From the NCBI RefSeq assembly GCF_032062105.1, contig NW_026931427.1:1-64000 (forward strand): a stretch of 64,000 nt of DNA, written 5' to 3'. A program made the translations under genes and the position numbers. This document shows, piece by piece, positions 1-11,139 of the stretch; position 1 is the first letter of the stretch; each line of letters begins with the position of its first letter. The stretch comes from Saccostrea cucullata. Taxonomy: Eukaryota. The notes under the pieces were generated by a model. That model did no database searches, was not told the DNA's origin, and was given only the letters and a program-made list of their open reading frames with translations.

Positions 1-176
1 GTTGTAAATTGTGCTTTATAAATAATAATTAATTTCATTACAACATGTATTGGTAACAATCCTCTGTTAAAACTAATGTCCAAATAACTGTATCTCACTT
101 CTATTCTCAATGACCGTGTAGTGTAGGGCAGCGCCGCGAGAATTCCATCGGCATCGAAAGCAAGTTTTTTTGACTT

Positions 177-264
177 GCCTAGATAGCCGAGCGGTCTAGC
201 GCGCTGTTCCTGCACTGCTAGGAGACAGATTCCGAAGGTCGAGAGTTCAACCCCGGGCTGGGGC
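177..264 (+). mobile_element. tRNA-derived (Pol III) SINE-like head
   Basis: A-box TAGCCGAGCGG, B-box-like GAGTTCAACCC, loosely pairing ends GCCTAGA/CTGGGGC; irregular anticodon region, so not a bona fide tRNA. Confidence 0.55.
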
Positions 265-366
265 GGAAGTGGGTATCCATGTAAAAGTGAATTTCTTTGT
301 GCTTTCTATATTAATATTTCTTCACTTAGGGCAGTTATGTTAGTTTAAGAGTTGTTGTAAATTGTG

Positions 367-369
<3 letters not shown>

Positions 370-447
<78 letters not shown>
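370..447. repeat. (TA)n microsatellite
   Basis: Perfect TA run. Confidence 0.98.
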
Positions 448-449
<2 letters not shown>

Positions 450-628
450 TGACTTCATAATAACGACGTCATACACTCCGCCAGTTATTGTGTAACGTTA
501 CTGTGTTACTCCAATTGTTTATTTTGTAAAGCTTCTGAACATAGAATGAAAGGCCTAAAGCTTTAGTGAAGTTTTTTTTCGTGTTTTTCTTTTTTATTTT
601 AAGTATTTAATACCGACCACTGAGATTA

Positions 629-630
629 TC

Positions 631-690
<60 letters not shown>

Positions 691-692
691 TC
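629..692. repeat. (TC)n(TTTC)n compound microsatellite
   Basis: Seen directly; explains the spurious ORF 607-795. Confidence 0.97.
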
Positions 693-938
693 CTCGATAT
701 AGGAACGGGCAGGACAATTTGAACATAACTAATACAGTTTTCAATGTAATTTGCAAGAAGTATTCGAGCGTGTTAACAAAAGTGTGTGACGTCACAAGTG
801 AATTTTAAATATATTAATATGTAAATTACTCTGGTCTAAATAGAGCATATATTGGCCTCATATAAAAGTTTGCCTGTGCTAGTGCAAATATTATCGTGAA
901 AGTAGAGATAATCTTTTGACTGCTTACAGGATAACCAG

Positions 939-948
939 ATGTCTTCAG
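939..948 (+). CDS. Putative upstream coding micro-exon (M-S-S-g) of the ART-like gene
   Basis: tgcttacag|gataaccagATGTCTTCAG|gtaaaa; the phase-1 donor joins the 3244 acceptor to give MSSDESW in frame. Confidence 0.45.
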
Positions 949-2059
949 GTAAAAGAGATTTTACATTCATATACATGTAAACATTTATCTGAAACCATTG
1001 ATTTTATTCTTGAGAACCAGGTTATAATTATCACAAAAGGCAGGTTTTATTACAAGTAGAATGAATAATGTCTTTTTTTATGATATAGCATCTATATATT
1101 TGTTGTTCAGTTTTCATTTCATTTGATTTTTAGACTGAATCAGATAGTCCTTTAAATATCATTTTATTCAATTTCAATCCCTTTATGGCATTTTCTTTGA
1201 CAAATATATGCTTTATTACAGAACCACGCTTTGCGTATAAACGCCATTTCTTATTTCCATTGCCTTGCCCCTAGGGTAAAATTGAAATTTTTAAAGACAC
1301 TCCGTACATTTATCATTACAAATTTTCTTAGTTACCCATGAAATGTTACAAAAATAGTTTTAGGACGGAGATACTGTGACAGGTAGATTTTATATATTAT
1401 CATAGCTTAAACTTCTTTAAATTGCCTTTATCATGTAAAACCTTTCAAATACTCGCATTTTTTCGTCATGGACTATTAATTGTAAATGAATCACTTTTGT
1501 ATTGCGCTTTCTCGTCATGGGTTCTTAATTGTAAATGGATCCATAATAGTTTATAAGTTAACAATAAGCTTACTTGTGTGACACTTCCAGGGTTAAAAAA
1601 AACATTCAAAAGACAAAACAATTGCTTGCACTAGTGTGGGTTTAAAGCATAAATTATACATAGAAATGCGCATGCGCGGCTTATGTTCCCTCCTTTTTTG
1701 TTTTTTTGCACCAGTGGAAAACGTAAAGCTAATTTCGAGAAAAAGAGCTCTGCAGTTCAAGAATAAATAGCCTAAAGGTTTCCTTCTTTGTTTAGTCCTT
1801 GTTGCTATATTGTAATATTTTTCATTTCATACCATCCAATATCTTTCAAGGTTCTTTGACGTTCTCAGAAAGGTCTGATATAAAGTATAAATTTTTACCA
1901 AATAAAAGTATTTTAAATTTATTTATTTCAAGAAATTAAGGGCTTTTTATCTAACCATAGATACCAATGTTTTAAAAATGATATGAAATTAGAAGGGATA
2001 AAAAGTGTTTAGCAATGATTAAAAAATTTTGGTAAACTAGGCATTCTAAAATGATCGAA

Positions 2060-2365
2060 GAAGGATATGGAAAAAACGAACAGTATTCAATATTAAAGTC
2101 CATAAAACAATACAAAATAAGAAAAGAGCAAACACGGACCTCCGAAACATCAGAGGTGGGATCAGGTGCCATAGAGAAGTGAGCATCCCCTGCTGACCGG
2201 TCATACCCGCCGTGTGCACCTTGTCATGATCGGGAAATAACGGGAGAATCCGTCGTCAATTCAGTGTATAAATAATGGACTAACAATTAGTATGAAAAAA
2301 AGTCAGTCAGCATGTGACTCAATGTTAAATTGTATTTGCTGGCAAGGTAATTGTATCGACCATAG
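2060..2365 (-). mobile_element. Penelope-like element 3' end fragment
   Basis: Reverse complement closely matches 42730-42975 (ggcacctgatcccacctctgatgtttc), which follows a PLE RT C-terminus. Confidence 0.7.
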
Positions 2366-3243
2366 AACTTAAGAGTTGAGGCCACAGCAGTAAATAATAT
2401 AAATCTAAGTACCTAATGAGTACAAAAAAATTTCGATTTCTTCAAAGGCTTGGATACCTATGATTTAAATTTGTAAAATGTGATTGCTTATAAAATTTTA
2501 ATCAGAAAATACATGGTACATGTAGGTGTAAAGTATAGTTGTATGCATTCCCTGAAAATTTTCCGTACATTATAAATATGATAAAAGAAAGTTTAAAGAA
2601 TTATCTTGGGTAAAAAAGACTAAACACTACTTTGAGAATTCAGAGACATTTTTATGAGCATTTTCAATTATGAATGCCTGATTTTCAGAACCTGAGGTTC
2701 GGGGTACCGTATAAAAATAATAATATAAAAATAAAGTATCTCGCCTTATTTTTTGAGATATTGATCTTTTTAGCTTTACAGCTTATAAGTGAAGTTTTCA
2801 TTTGTCATCTTTATGGGTTCATTATCCTGTCCTTAATGAATTTGTAGCCATAATTTAAAAAAAAAAATGTAATTCTTTAAGTTGGTATGTATATTTAAAA
2901 AACATTGCAGAAAATGAAAAATGTTGTAAAGTTTTAGATTAACTCATTTTCCCTAAAAAATATAATAAACTCTAAAGATGAAGTTTGAAGAATTATCTCG
3001 GGTAAATACAATTTTTTTTTAGAAAAATTCAGAGACATTTTTGTGAGCATTTTCACATTTATGTAGAGATTGATTCGACTAATTTTAAATTAAATGGGAC
3101 GTATTTTTCTTTTTATTCTGTAAAAAATTGGCGCAAAACTGTTTTTTTGGTACCTACTCAACCTTGGTGATAAATATTGCCCGGCTCCTAATAAGGTCAG
3201 AAATTTAAAAAGAAAGAATTGTAAATTTATTTGTGCTTTTCAG

Positions 3244-4316
3244 ATGAGAGCTGGAATGAATTCCATTACACATCAAACGAAGGAAGATATCACCATTGGC
3301 TCCCTAATGACCTAAAGAAATTATTGCCAGGACCCTTACCAGAGGGCGGAGAACTGCCGGAATATTATACAGAATTTGACACATTGATTCATGTTACAAC
3401 TTTAGAAAGTGCCAATGGTATTTTGAGAGATGGTTTCAAACCGAAACCAATTGTCGATTATTCAGTTGTCAGCCAAAAATGTCCATTATTGGATCCTGAG
3501 CGAAACAATCTTCAAACGAGGCCACATCATCCCGTTTACGGTGTCAACGTAATTTGGTATGGACCATATATGAAAGAAAAACTCCGAGATCCTGATTCAT
3601 ATATGGAGAAGTATGGGAATGTTGTTTTCAGCATGTATCGTCTAGATGGGTTCGAAGGGATTATACGTAGTGATCTAAAATTCTACTTCATAGAAGTTAT
3701 AGAGTTTATCACGAGCTCCGCTTGTAGGATATTGGTGTCAACTCGTGATTTTCCATCCTTAAAGAAGTTGGAGCCGTTAGAACTCGGTGGTCCGCTATAT
3801 GTACAGAAAGAAGAAGATACGAACAGGTTGTTCTATATAAATAGACTTAAACGTCATGATGGAAACGTAAGAAAAAATACACTTGAAATAATCCAAGAGG
3901 AAATGTTAGGTGAACCAGGAAATTTTAGTCATAAAGAACATTTTAAAAATCACTTTGTAACTTTTAAACATTGCCTATTTCCTAAGCAAAATGTCGAAAA
4001 ATTGGTTGTGCAGAGGCCTTTGGAAGAGAACATGATATCATTTCTGTTGCCAAACATTTTGAAAGTCGCCATAACTATGGCCACTGTCAGAAATCAAAAC
4101 AAAGTTTTTCTTCTATTACCTTTTGATAATGAAGAAACAGGAAATGAAAAACTTCTAAACGAGCTGAAAAAAGTACACAGAGAAGCAATGATAAGATATG
4201 AAGATCTTATGAAGGAGCGCAAGGTAGATACAAAGTCACTCATTGTCAATGCATTCCAAGGCATCTTGCACATGAGTAAAAAAGACATTGTTGACTCGTA
4301 TCTGGAAATGTTTTGA
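3244..4316 (+). CDS. Large coding exon; uncharacterised protein with a predicted ADP-ribosyltransferase-like N-terminal domain and helical C-terminus
   Basis: About 357 open codons in AT-rich DNA; acceptor ttgtgcttttcag at 3231-3243; motifs LIHVTTLESANGILRDGF, VIWYGP, YGNVVF, TLEII. Confidence 0.75.
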
Positions 4317-4959
4317 GTATTCCAGTTTCACAGCACTCGAAACTAATCGAATGTCTATGGGAAAAAATTGCAGAAATTCTAATGGATCCAATTGCCGAGT
4401 AAGAAAGCGTTCTTAAAAATATCATAACCGCATCATTCTGGACTCCAGCCTTTGAACCATCTAAACCTCAAACATCTGAGTATTAAGTCTTGCAAAGTCT
4501 AGGAATATATTGGTCCAGTCATGAATTATCTTGTTTAATGACTACAAACTGGAACTTTGCTATGCAAGTGAGAGGCCACACCAAGCTGAAAGACTCGCGC
4601 AATCCTCTGTTTTTATTCCAGAAATATCTATCAATATTTTTTTTTTTATTTTTTATTATGATGAAGGACTTTTATCTGGTAATTTATTTCTCCCTCTTTC
4701 TCCCTCTTTCTATCAACTGGCTTGTGCTCAGGTTATGAGAAATGGCCCTTTTAACCTACATCTGTATATTAATACAATATACTTATAGAAGTCATAACTT
4801 GTATGGATCATCTTAAATATTTTTTAACAATCAAACTTCATAAAAACTTTATTACAAGTATGATAGATATTATTCTGTAAATAAAATGATTTTCTGAAAT
4901 CTTAACTTTTTATATTTAAAACTAGTAATATGCCCAAACCAAATATTTTGGTTAAAGTT

Positions 4960-6390
4960 TTTTCTTAAGTAAAGAAATCTTCAAGATCAAGGTCAGAAGG
5001 TCAAGGTTATTGATATTCAATGAAAGGTCTTGTCACAAAAATACATATGTAAATTAGGAAGCCCTAGCCCTTACCATTAAAATTTTATTGCCAAGGGTAA
5101 TGCTTTTTCATAAGTATAGAAAATCTCCGAAGTCAAAGTCAAAAGGTCATGGTTATTAGTATACAATAAAAGGCCCTGCCAAAAAGAATTCATATGTGAA
5201 GTATGGAAGCCCTAGCCCTAACTGTTTAAAGTACATCAGACACAAAGGTCAAAGGGTCAAAGTTCTTGGTATCCAATGAATTGTCTTCTTACAAGGATTA
5301 CAAAGGTGAAGATTGAAAGCTCTTGCCCTTAGCGTTTAAACGTTATGGCTAAGGATAAAGAAGATGGGCGAATAAGGCGGGCAGAATGCCTATAGTGCGA
5401 CAGATAAGAAGTGAAAATTTTAATCTCAATTGAATCCAAAATTTACTTGATATTTCTTCTAATATTAAAGTATACTTTATGTAAAATCTCTACAATTTAC
5501 AAAAATCTCGCAAAGACTAAAAATATTTGCCTATGAAAAAGCCTACACACACTAAAAAGAACAAGAACGATCATTTTCTCATACTTAAACAAAATTTTTC
5601 AATATGGGTGGGTCTTCTCTCCATTTTTTTGAAAGATGGTCCCAAAAGTGTGCGATAAATTACACATTTTTGGGTTTTCAAAAAAATGGAGCGAAGACCC
5701 ACTATACCTTAAAAGTACACTTCTATGACACAACATTAGCATCTTTCTGAGAAATACTTCAAGTGTATTAAGTTGCGGGTCATATCACAAACATAATTTA
5801 AATGCCTAAAATCACCATGAGCGGTGTAGCATAGTGGTTAACGCGTTAATCTCAAAGCAGTATGCTATTGATACGTCGAATTTTTATTGCTAGAGTTCGA
5901 ATCCCACGAATAGCATCTAATAATTTTATGAAAGAAACATTTTTTACGAGATTTTTTTTTTCTCTCAATAAAGTTTTTTTTCCCTCATAATTTCAAAAAT
6001 TTCAATAATTCGACGTTAATTTAAATAATCAATTCACATATTTGGTATGATTTCTTAATATCTGACGCTATAGGCATTCTGCCCGCCTTGTTCGCCCATC
6101 TTCTTTTTTCATAAGTACGGAAATCTTCAAGGTCAAGGTCAAAAGGTCAAAGTTCTTGGTATCCAATGAAAGGTTTTGCCACCAAAAAATACATAAGTGA
6201 AGTATAAAATTTAATGTCCTAGTTACTACTGCTCAAAAGATATAACCAAAGCAAAATTTTGGAATTTTTGTACAATAGTAGGTCAAACTCCAGGGTCAAG
6301 GTCAAAAGGCCAAATTTTGTGGTACCCAAATAAAGGTCTTGTCACAAGGAATACTATGAAAGTCATAGATTCATTAAATCAAAAGTTATG
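4960..6390. repeat. Degenerate satellite-like array (GGTCAAGGTCAAAAGGTCAA...GGTATCCAATGAAAGGT units) of HINE type, split by a TIR insertion
   Basis: Unit recurs near 4985, 5130, 5247, 6128 and 6293. Confidence 0.7.
5360..6103. mobile_element. Non-autonomous TIR element with an internal tRNA-like Pol III promoter
   Basis: TIR GAAGATGGGCGAAYAAGGCGGGCAGAATGCCTATAG at both ends; TAGCATAGTGG...GAGTTCGAATCC at ~5826-5905. Confidence 0.85.
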
Positions 6391-6679
6391 GGCCTTCACA
6401 GGATTTGCTCGTGACTGACCCACTTCAATTTCCATTTAAGTTTATGAACTTATTATTTATTTCTTAGTTATATCTTAATTCGTTGAATCGACTTAAGAGA
6501 CAAAATATTTGTATAAAACAACTCAAAAGAAGGTGTTGCAGAAACTCGCGATTATTCCCCATATATCGAGAAGGTCATTTAAATACTGTGTTATGTCTAA
6601 TTAAGAAATAAATAACAAGTTTATAAAGTTCAATGGGAATAGAAGTGGGTCGGTCACGTGATCAAATCATGTGAAGGCC
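6391..6679. mobile_element. MITE with ~80-bp imperfect TIRs
   Basis: GGCCTTCACAGGATTTG... versus ...CAAATCATGTGAAGGCC. Confidence 0.85.
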
Positions 6680-7040
6680 AAAGGCTACAGAGAAGAACTA
6701 TGTTTACGGCGAGTACTAGTATTTCCTGCTTGATATATAGCGAAGATTTATACAATGAAGCGCATTGAAGTGGTAGAATATTCTATTTGGATCACAGGCC
6801 TTTGGCAAGCTTAAAATATTTATGTGTAAAAAAAAAAATAAATAAATAAAGGTATGGAACTCTTACACTGGGTACCCAATTTCGTTAATAAAATATTTCT
6901 TTATTCTAATGCTCTAAAATTTGACCTTCTTCTTCAATCAATTCATAGAAATACATTCTTCAATTCTACCAAAGCTCATTGAGAAATTCCGTATATTTCT
7001 TGAGATATTAGTAGTACATGTATAAACCGCCTAGACGGGG

Positions 7041-7247
7041 AGGTCAACTGAGTTCACTTTTTATGCAAATGAGGTAAAATATTCTGGATTCTGATTGGCT
7101 AGGGAGATAAAGAGGTCAAGGGAGTGCATTTTTGACCCCCCCCCCCCAAGATCTTGGATAGGGAGGTCAATTAAGTACAAGCCCGGGGGCTAGGGAGGTC
7201 AACTAAGTACAGCCCCTGGGTGGGGATAGGGAGGTCAACCAAGTACA
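7041..7247 (+). promoter_or_regulatory. Array of five AGGTCA-n4-AGTNCA (DR4-like) elements plus octamer and CCAAT box
   Basis: AGGTCA at 7041, 7113, 7164, 7196, 7232, each followed after 4 nt by AGT(T/G/A)CA; ATGCAAAT at 7063-7070; ATTGG at ~7094. Confidence 0.7.
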
Positions 7248-7487
7248 GCCCATGGGGGGAAATAAGTGAGGGAATCCTCCTTAGACGCATAGACTTAAAA
7301 AACCTTAGCCTTCTACACTAGGTATTTGACGTTGGCACTACGTGTTGGCATCGATTCAAGTATTTGATTGTGATGTCACGTTTCATTCACAGTCAGCCTT
7401 GCTGTATTTTCTGAAAACGGAAAAAACAATAACAATATCACACAGTGTGAAAAAGTATTTTATTCAGAGTAAAATACATACAGAATT

Positions 7488-7709
7488 TCAGTCTGGGGAA
7501 GTTTCCTCTTGTGGGTGCTGGTGGGACTCTCCTATATTTTTCTCCTGGTCTGCCTCCATTCCTAGATTACGAATCTCTTTTTTTACTTCTTTTATTTCCT
7601 GCATGATGGTGACCATTTCATCTAAGATACCGCATATCAAACTTCTTTCATCTACTTTCATAAGATCCTGTGTTTCTGGTACGGTCTCTTTGGTATTTTC
7701 TTCTGCCAT
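7488..7709 (-). CDS. Small acidic coiled-coil protein (73 aa), probable Polinton accessory gene
   Basis: ATG-started ORF; minus-strand TATATAAAA ~60 bp upstream (7769-7777); minus-strand AATAAA ~25 bp after the stop; heptad-like MVTIMQEIKEVKKEIRNL. Confidence 0.6.
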   Translation of the reverse strand: MAEENTKETVPETQDLMKVDERSLICGILDEMVTIMQEIKEVKKEIRNLGMEADQEKNIGESHQHPQEETSPD

Positions 7710-7768
7710 ATTTTACGTCTGTCAAGGTCCAAGTGCTAACGAAGAGTGAGCGTAGATTTCCAGCGCTG

Positions 7769-7905
7769 TTTTATATACGGTTTGGTTGTTTAGGGTCGTG
7801 TGCATAAATAAGTTTGACTTACGTTTGATCGTACTGTGTACGTCTTTGTACACAGTCTAGTCAGCGAGCTACCTATGCATTGTGACGTCATACACTGTAT
7901 AAATA
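7769..7905. promoter_or_regulatory. Divergent promoter: minus-strand TATA, CRE site, plus-strand TATA
   Basis: TTTTATATA 7769-7777; TGACGTCA 7883-7890; TATAAATA 7898-7905, ~55 bp before the ATG at 7960. Confidence 0.6.
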
Positions 7906-8215
7906 TAGCTTATCTCCGACTTTCATCTCATTCTACTGTTGGAGCCATCTCCTGTCGGCATGTAATTTACAAGAGAAAAAATGTTACATGCCCAACAACT
8001 GATGAGATGGAGAACAAGGGAGAGAGAATGAGACAGAATTATATCTCGACAGAGAACGAGAGAATTACTTCTTTGGAAAACAAATGCCAAAATATTAGAG
8101 AGAAGAGCTCGACTAGAACAACAACAACAACAACATCAACAAAGGACTAGGGCGCATGAGGGACCAAAGTCACTTATCTATTCACCCCCGAAACCCAAGG
8201 ATATTTCCCAGTATT

Positions 8216-9844
8216 AGAGATGTTTCTGAATATGATTCGAATCCAATCTGAAAATGAATCTGAATCCGAGAGATCCCGATCCCGATTGGAAAACTGAAAA
8301 AAAAAAATTAAAAAAAGAATATTTCCTATTTCTGCTTTTAAAATTTTCACTGGACATGTAAAAATAAGGGAAATGAATAGTGGAAGGTGTTTATATTTTT
8401 TGTCATTGTGATTGTTATTGTTATAAATTGTACAAGTCAAATTCTAATTTTAGACTGAATAACAGAACACGTACCCTTTCAATTCATGGAAAAACCTGTT
8501 CGAAAATATTATTCTTGTATTTTTCATTAGCTTACTTTATTTGTTCCTCGCAGGAATTGTGATCTGAACCTTATTTTGAGTAAATGTATTAAGAATCATC
8601 TTAAATATTTAGACGTATTGGAAATATTATGTGTCGGATATTTTTTTTCAACAACATTATCCTATGGCCATGCACTTTCTCGCAGCCCAATTTTTTGTCG
8701 AAAGCAAATCGATTGATAATCGTCATGAAATCGAAACATCTGACAGTTTTCCCTTATATTTACATGCTCTTGATTCCGCCAATCCACGTGCTACAAGCCC
8801 TGCTTCTTGACTCTATTTGTCCCGCCCTGCACATTTCTAAACAGCACCTTTTGATAACCAGGCCCCAGGATCATTAAACATCTTAAGCCTAAGTCAAAAT
8901 CTACATGTTGTACTTACATGTTGTGGATGTCAAGCAGATCAAAATCAAAATATATGCTTCAACATTAATTCACTGAAGTGTTGTTATTTACAAATTTATT
9001 CATTGTAATTTTATCTCTGACAAAGACTTTAGAAATGTAAATATTGTGAAGTTTACAATGCGACAATTAATAGAAAGGGTGGGAAACCCCCCCCCCCCCC
9101 CCCCCCCCCCAATGTCTCCCTCAGTTCTTATAGACCTATATCATATCATTAATTTCGACGTCTTCAAATAAGAAGCCGATCAGTAGCGATCAAGAGAGCA
9201 AAAAATAGCCCCCTCCCTTTGATTATGTTGTTCATTAAATTGTATGATACTGTGAATTCCTAAATAAACGCGTGGAATTAATTATCGCGTTATTTCGCGA
9301 GAAGCACTACACGGAAACTAAAATTACTCGCCTTTATTTTTATGGTGCTGAAATCTATGTAAAATCTCTTGACAAACCTTCCATTCGCGAATTCTTATTC
9401 TCGCGATTTTTCGCTAAAAAGCACATTCGCGATAATAAGAACTCGCGAAAACTAAGGAATCTACAGCATACATATAAAGTAAACAAATATTACCCCCTCG
9501 TTCCTTGGAAATCACATACCCCTCGCTCATTTGCTAGCGCGAACATGTCACCTCCCATATATATCAGAATTTCTCCCGATTCCCTTGGTCGAAGAGAATT
9601 AAACCCCAACAAACCACGCCTATGGGAGTTTATTGACATGCCCTTCCCCCTTCGTCACCTCCCTTAGCAAAATACATATACAAGTATTTATTGATATATC
9701 AAAGACAAAATATAAGTAATCATACTCTCGGTGTATAATTAAGAGTTATATCTATTTTCAAATTGGGATCGGAATCCCTCCGATTCAGGTTCGTTTCAGA
9801 TTCATTTTCAGAGTCGGATTCGGTTCATATTCAGAAACATCTCT
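8216..9844. mobile_element. TIR element with 3-bp TSD (PIF/Harbinger-like) inserted in polB
   Basis: TIR AGAGATGTTTCTGAATATGA; ATT on both sides; removing it restores the frame cag-tat-tat-taa-gta. Confidence 0.85.
9250..9466. mobile_element. Small nested MITE rich in TCGCG
   Basis: ta|CTGTGAATTCCT ... AGGAATCTACAG imperfect TIRs. Confidence 0.7.
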
Positions 9845-11139
9845 ATTATTAAGTAAGACTCAATCAAGCCAAACATTCCAGAAAATTCAAAACGCATGAA
9901 GATGTCTACACTGTCACTTTTAAAGAGTTTCCAGAGGAGGAAAACAGAGGATTTGTTCGACTATTATTTAGAAACATGCTACAAACGGTCAAATCCGAAA
10001 TGCAGTGTAATCCTAATGATTTCCTACGCCTGAACATACGCCACGATTCTTTGAAATATAACATTTGGTACGAGTTTACGCAATGTAAACATTTGAACGA
10101 GGACGTCATTTTGAACAAAATAGAAGCCGTTCAACACTCCAAGCAAGATTTTAAACTGGGCAACGGCTCCATGGAATTCGACCTGTTTCATGTCAATTAT
10201 CCATATGGCAGTGGTGGGGACAGAACCAAGCACTTGATACTGAATAAGAAGAATTTCAAGAAGAGGAAACAATTCATCGTTCAGATTGACAATCCCTAGA
10301 ATAAGTTTTGTTTGGCTAGAACGATCGTCGTTACCCGGTTACACAGTCAAAAACCGGAACATTCATTCCACGAGTGGGAAAACGATGGCTTCGTATGCGG
10401 AAAGGAGATTTTAAGTCCTTGGACCAGAAAAGAGAAGCCTTAGCGCTCATGTAACAGGTCGGGTTCGATATCACTCAAGCTTGTGGACCCGAAGAATGGG
10501 GGAAATTACAGCAGGTATTAGCCCCTCGTTATCGACTGAAAATATTTCAGTTCAAGTCCACTTCCTCTCAACTCTGTTTAGAGCCGATTTACAAAGGCTG
10601 GGGAGATGGAACTTTTTTGAATGTTTTGTTAGACAACCATCATTACGATGTCATCCTATCTATGCCAGGAGTGACGGGGAATCAAAATTACTGTGATCAT
10701 TGCGATGTGGGTTACAGTCATGTTACAGAACATCGGACTCATCGCTGTAATTTTTGTTTAGGAGTCACGCCATGCCTTGAAGACGGGAGTCGCACTCAAT
10801 GCCAGCAATGCTAAGGATTTTTTTTAAGAACAGGACCTGCTATGAAAACCATTTAAGACCCCATAGTAAGAATACTAGCACCAGTGTATGCAGTTTAATG
10901 GGATGATGCGAGCAATGTCAGTCATGGATGCCTTAGAAATTATTCCCTCATCACAAGTGCAGAAACAGTGTAAGATCTGCAAGAAAATCGTCGATTCCGA
11001 TCATCAGTGCTTCGTTCAATTGAAGCCTGAGAAGAAGAACAAGGGGAAAGACACCTTGCAGGTTTACATCTATTTCTATTTCGAATGCACTCAGGAAAAC
11101 GGTATTCACATCCCTAATCTGTGTGTGGCACACCGCGTA

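Noticed and set aside
177-264. Functional tRNA gene (also ~5820, ~17253, ~55770)
   Set aside because: A/B boxes present but no canonical cloverleaf or anticodon arm.
607-795. 62-aa K/E/R-rich ORF
   Set aside because: Translation of the (TTTC)n microsatellite.
7342-7749. 135-aa plus-strand ORF
   Set aside because: Non-ATG start and antisense shadow of the better-supported 7488-7709 gene.
7836-8150. 104-aa ORF in the track
   Set aside because: Wrong frame; the frame from ATG 7960 is the one that joins polB.
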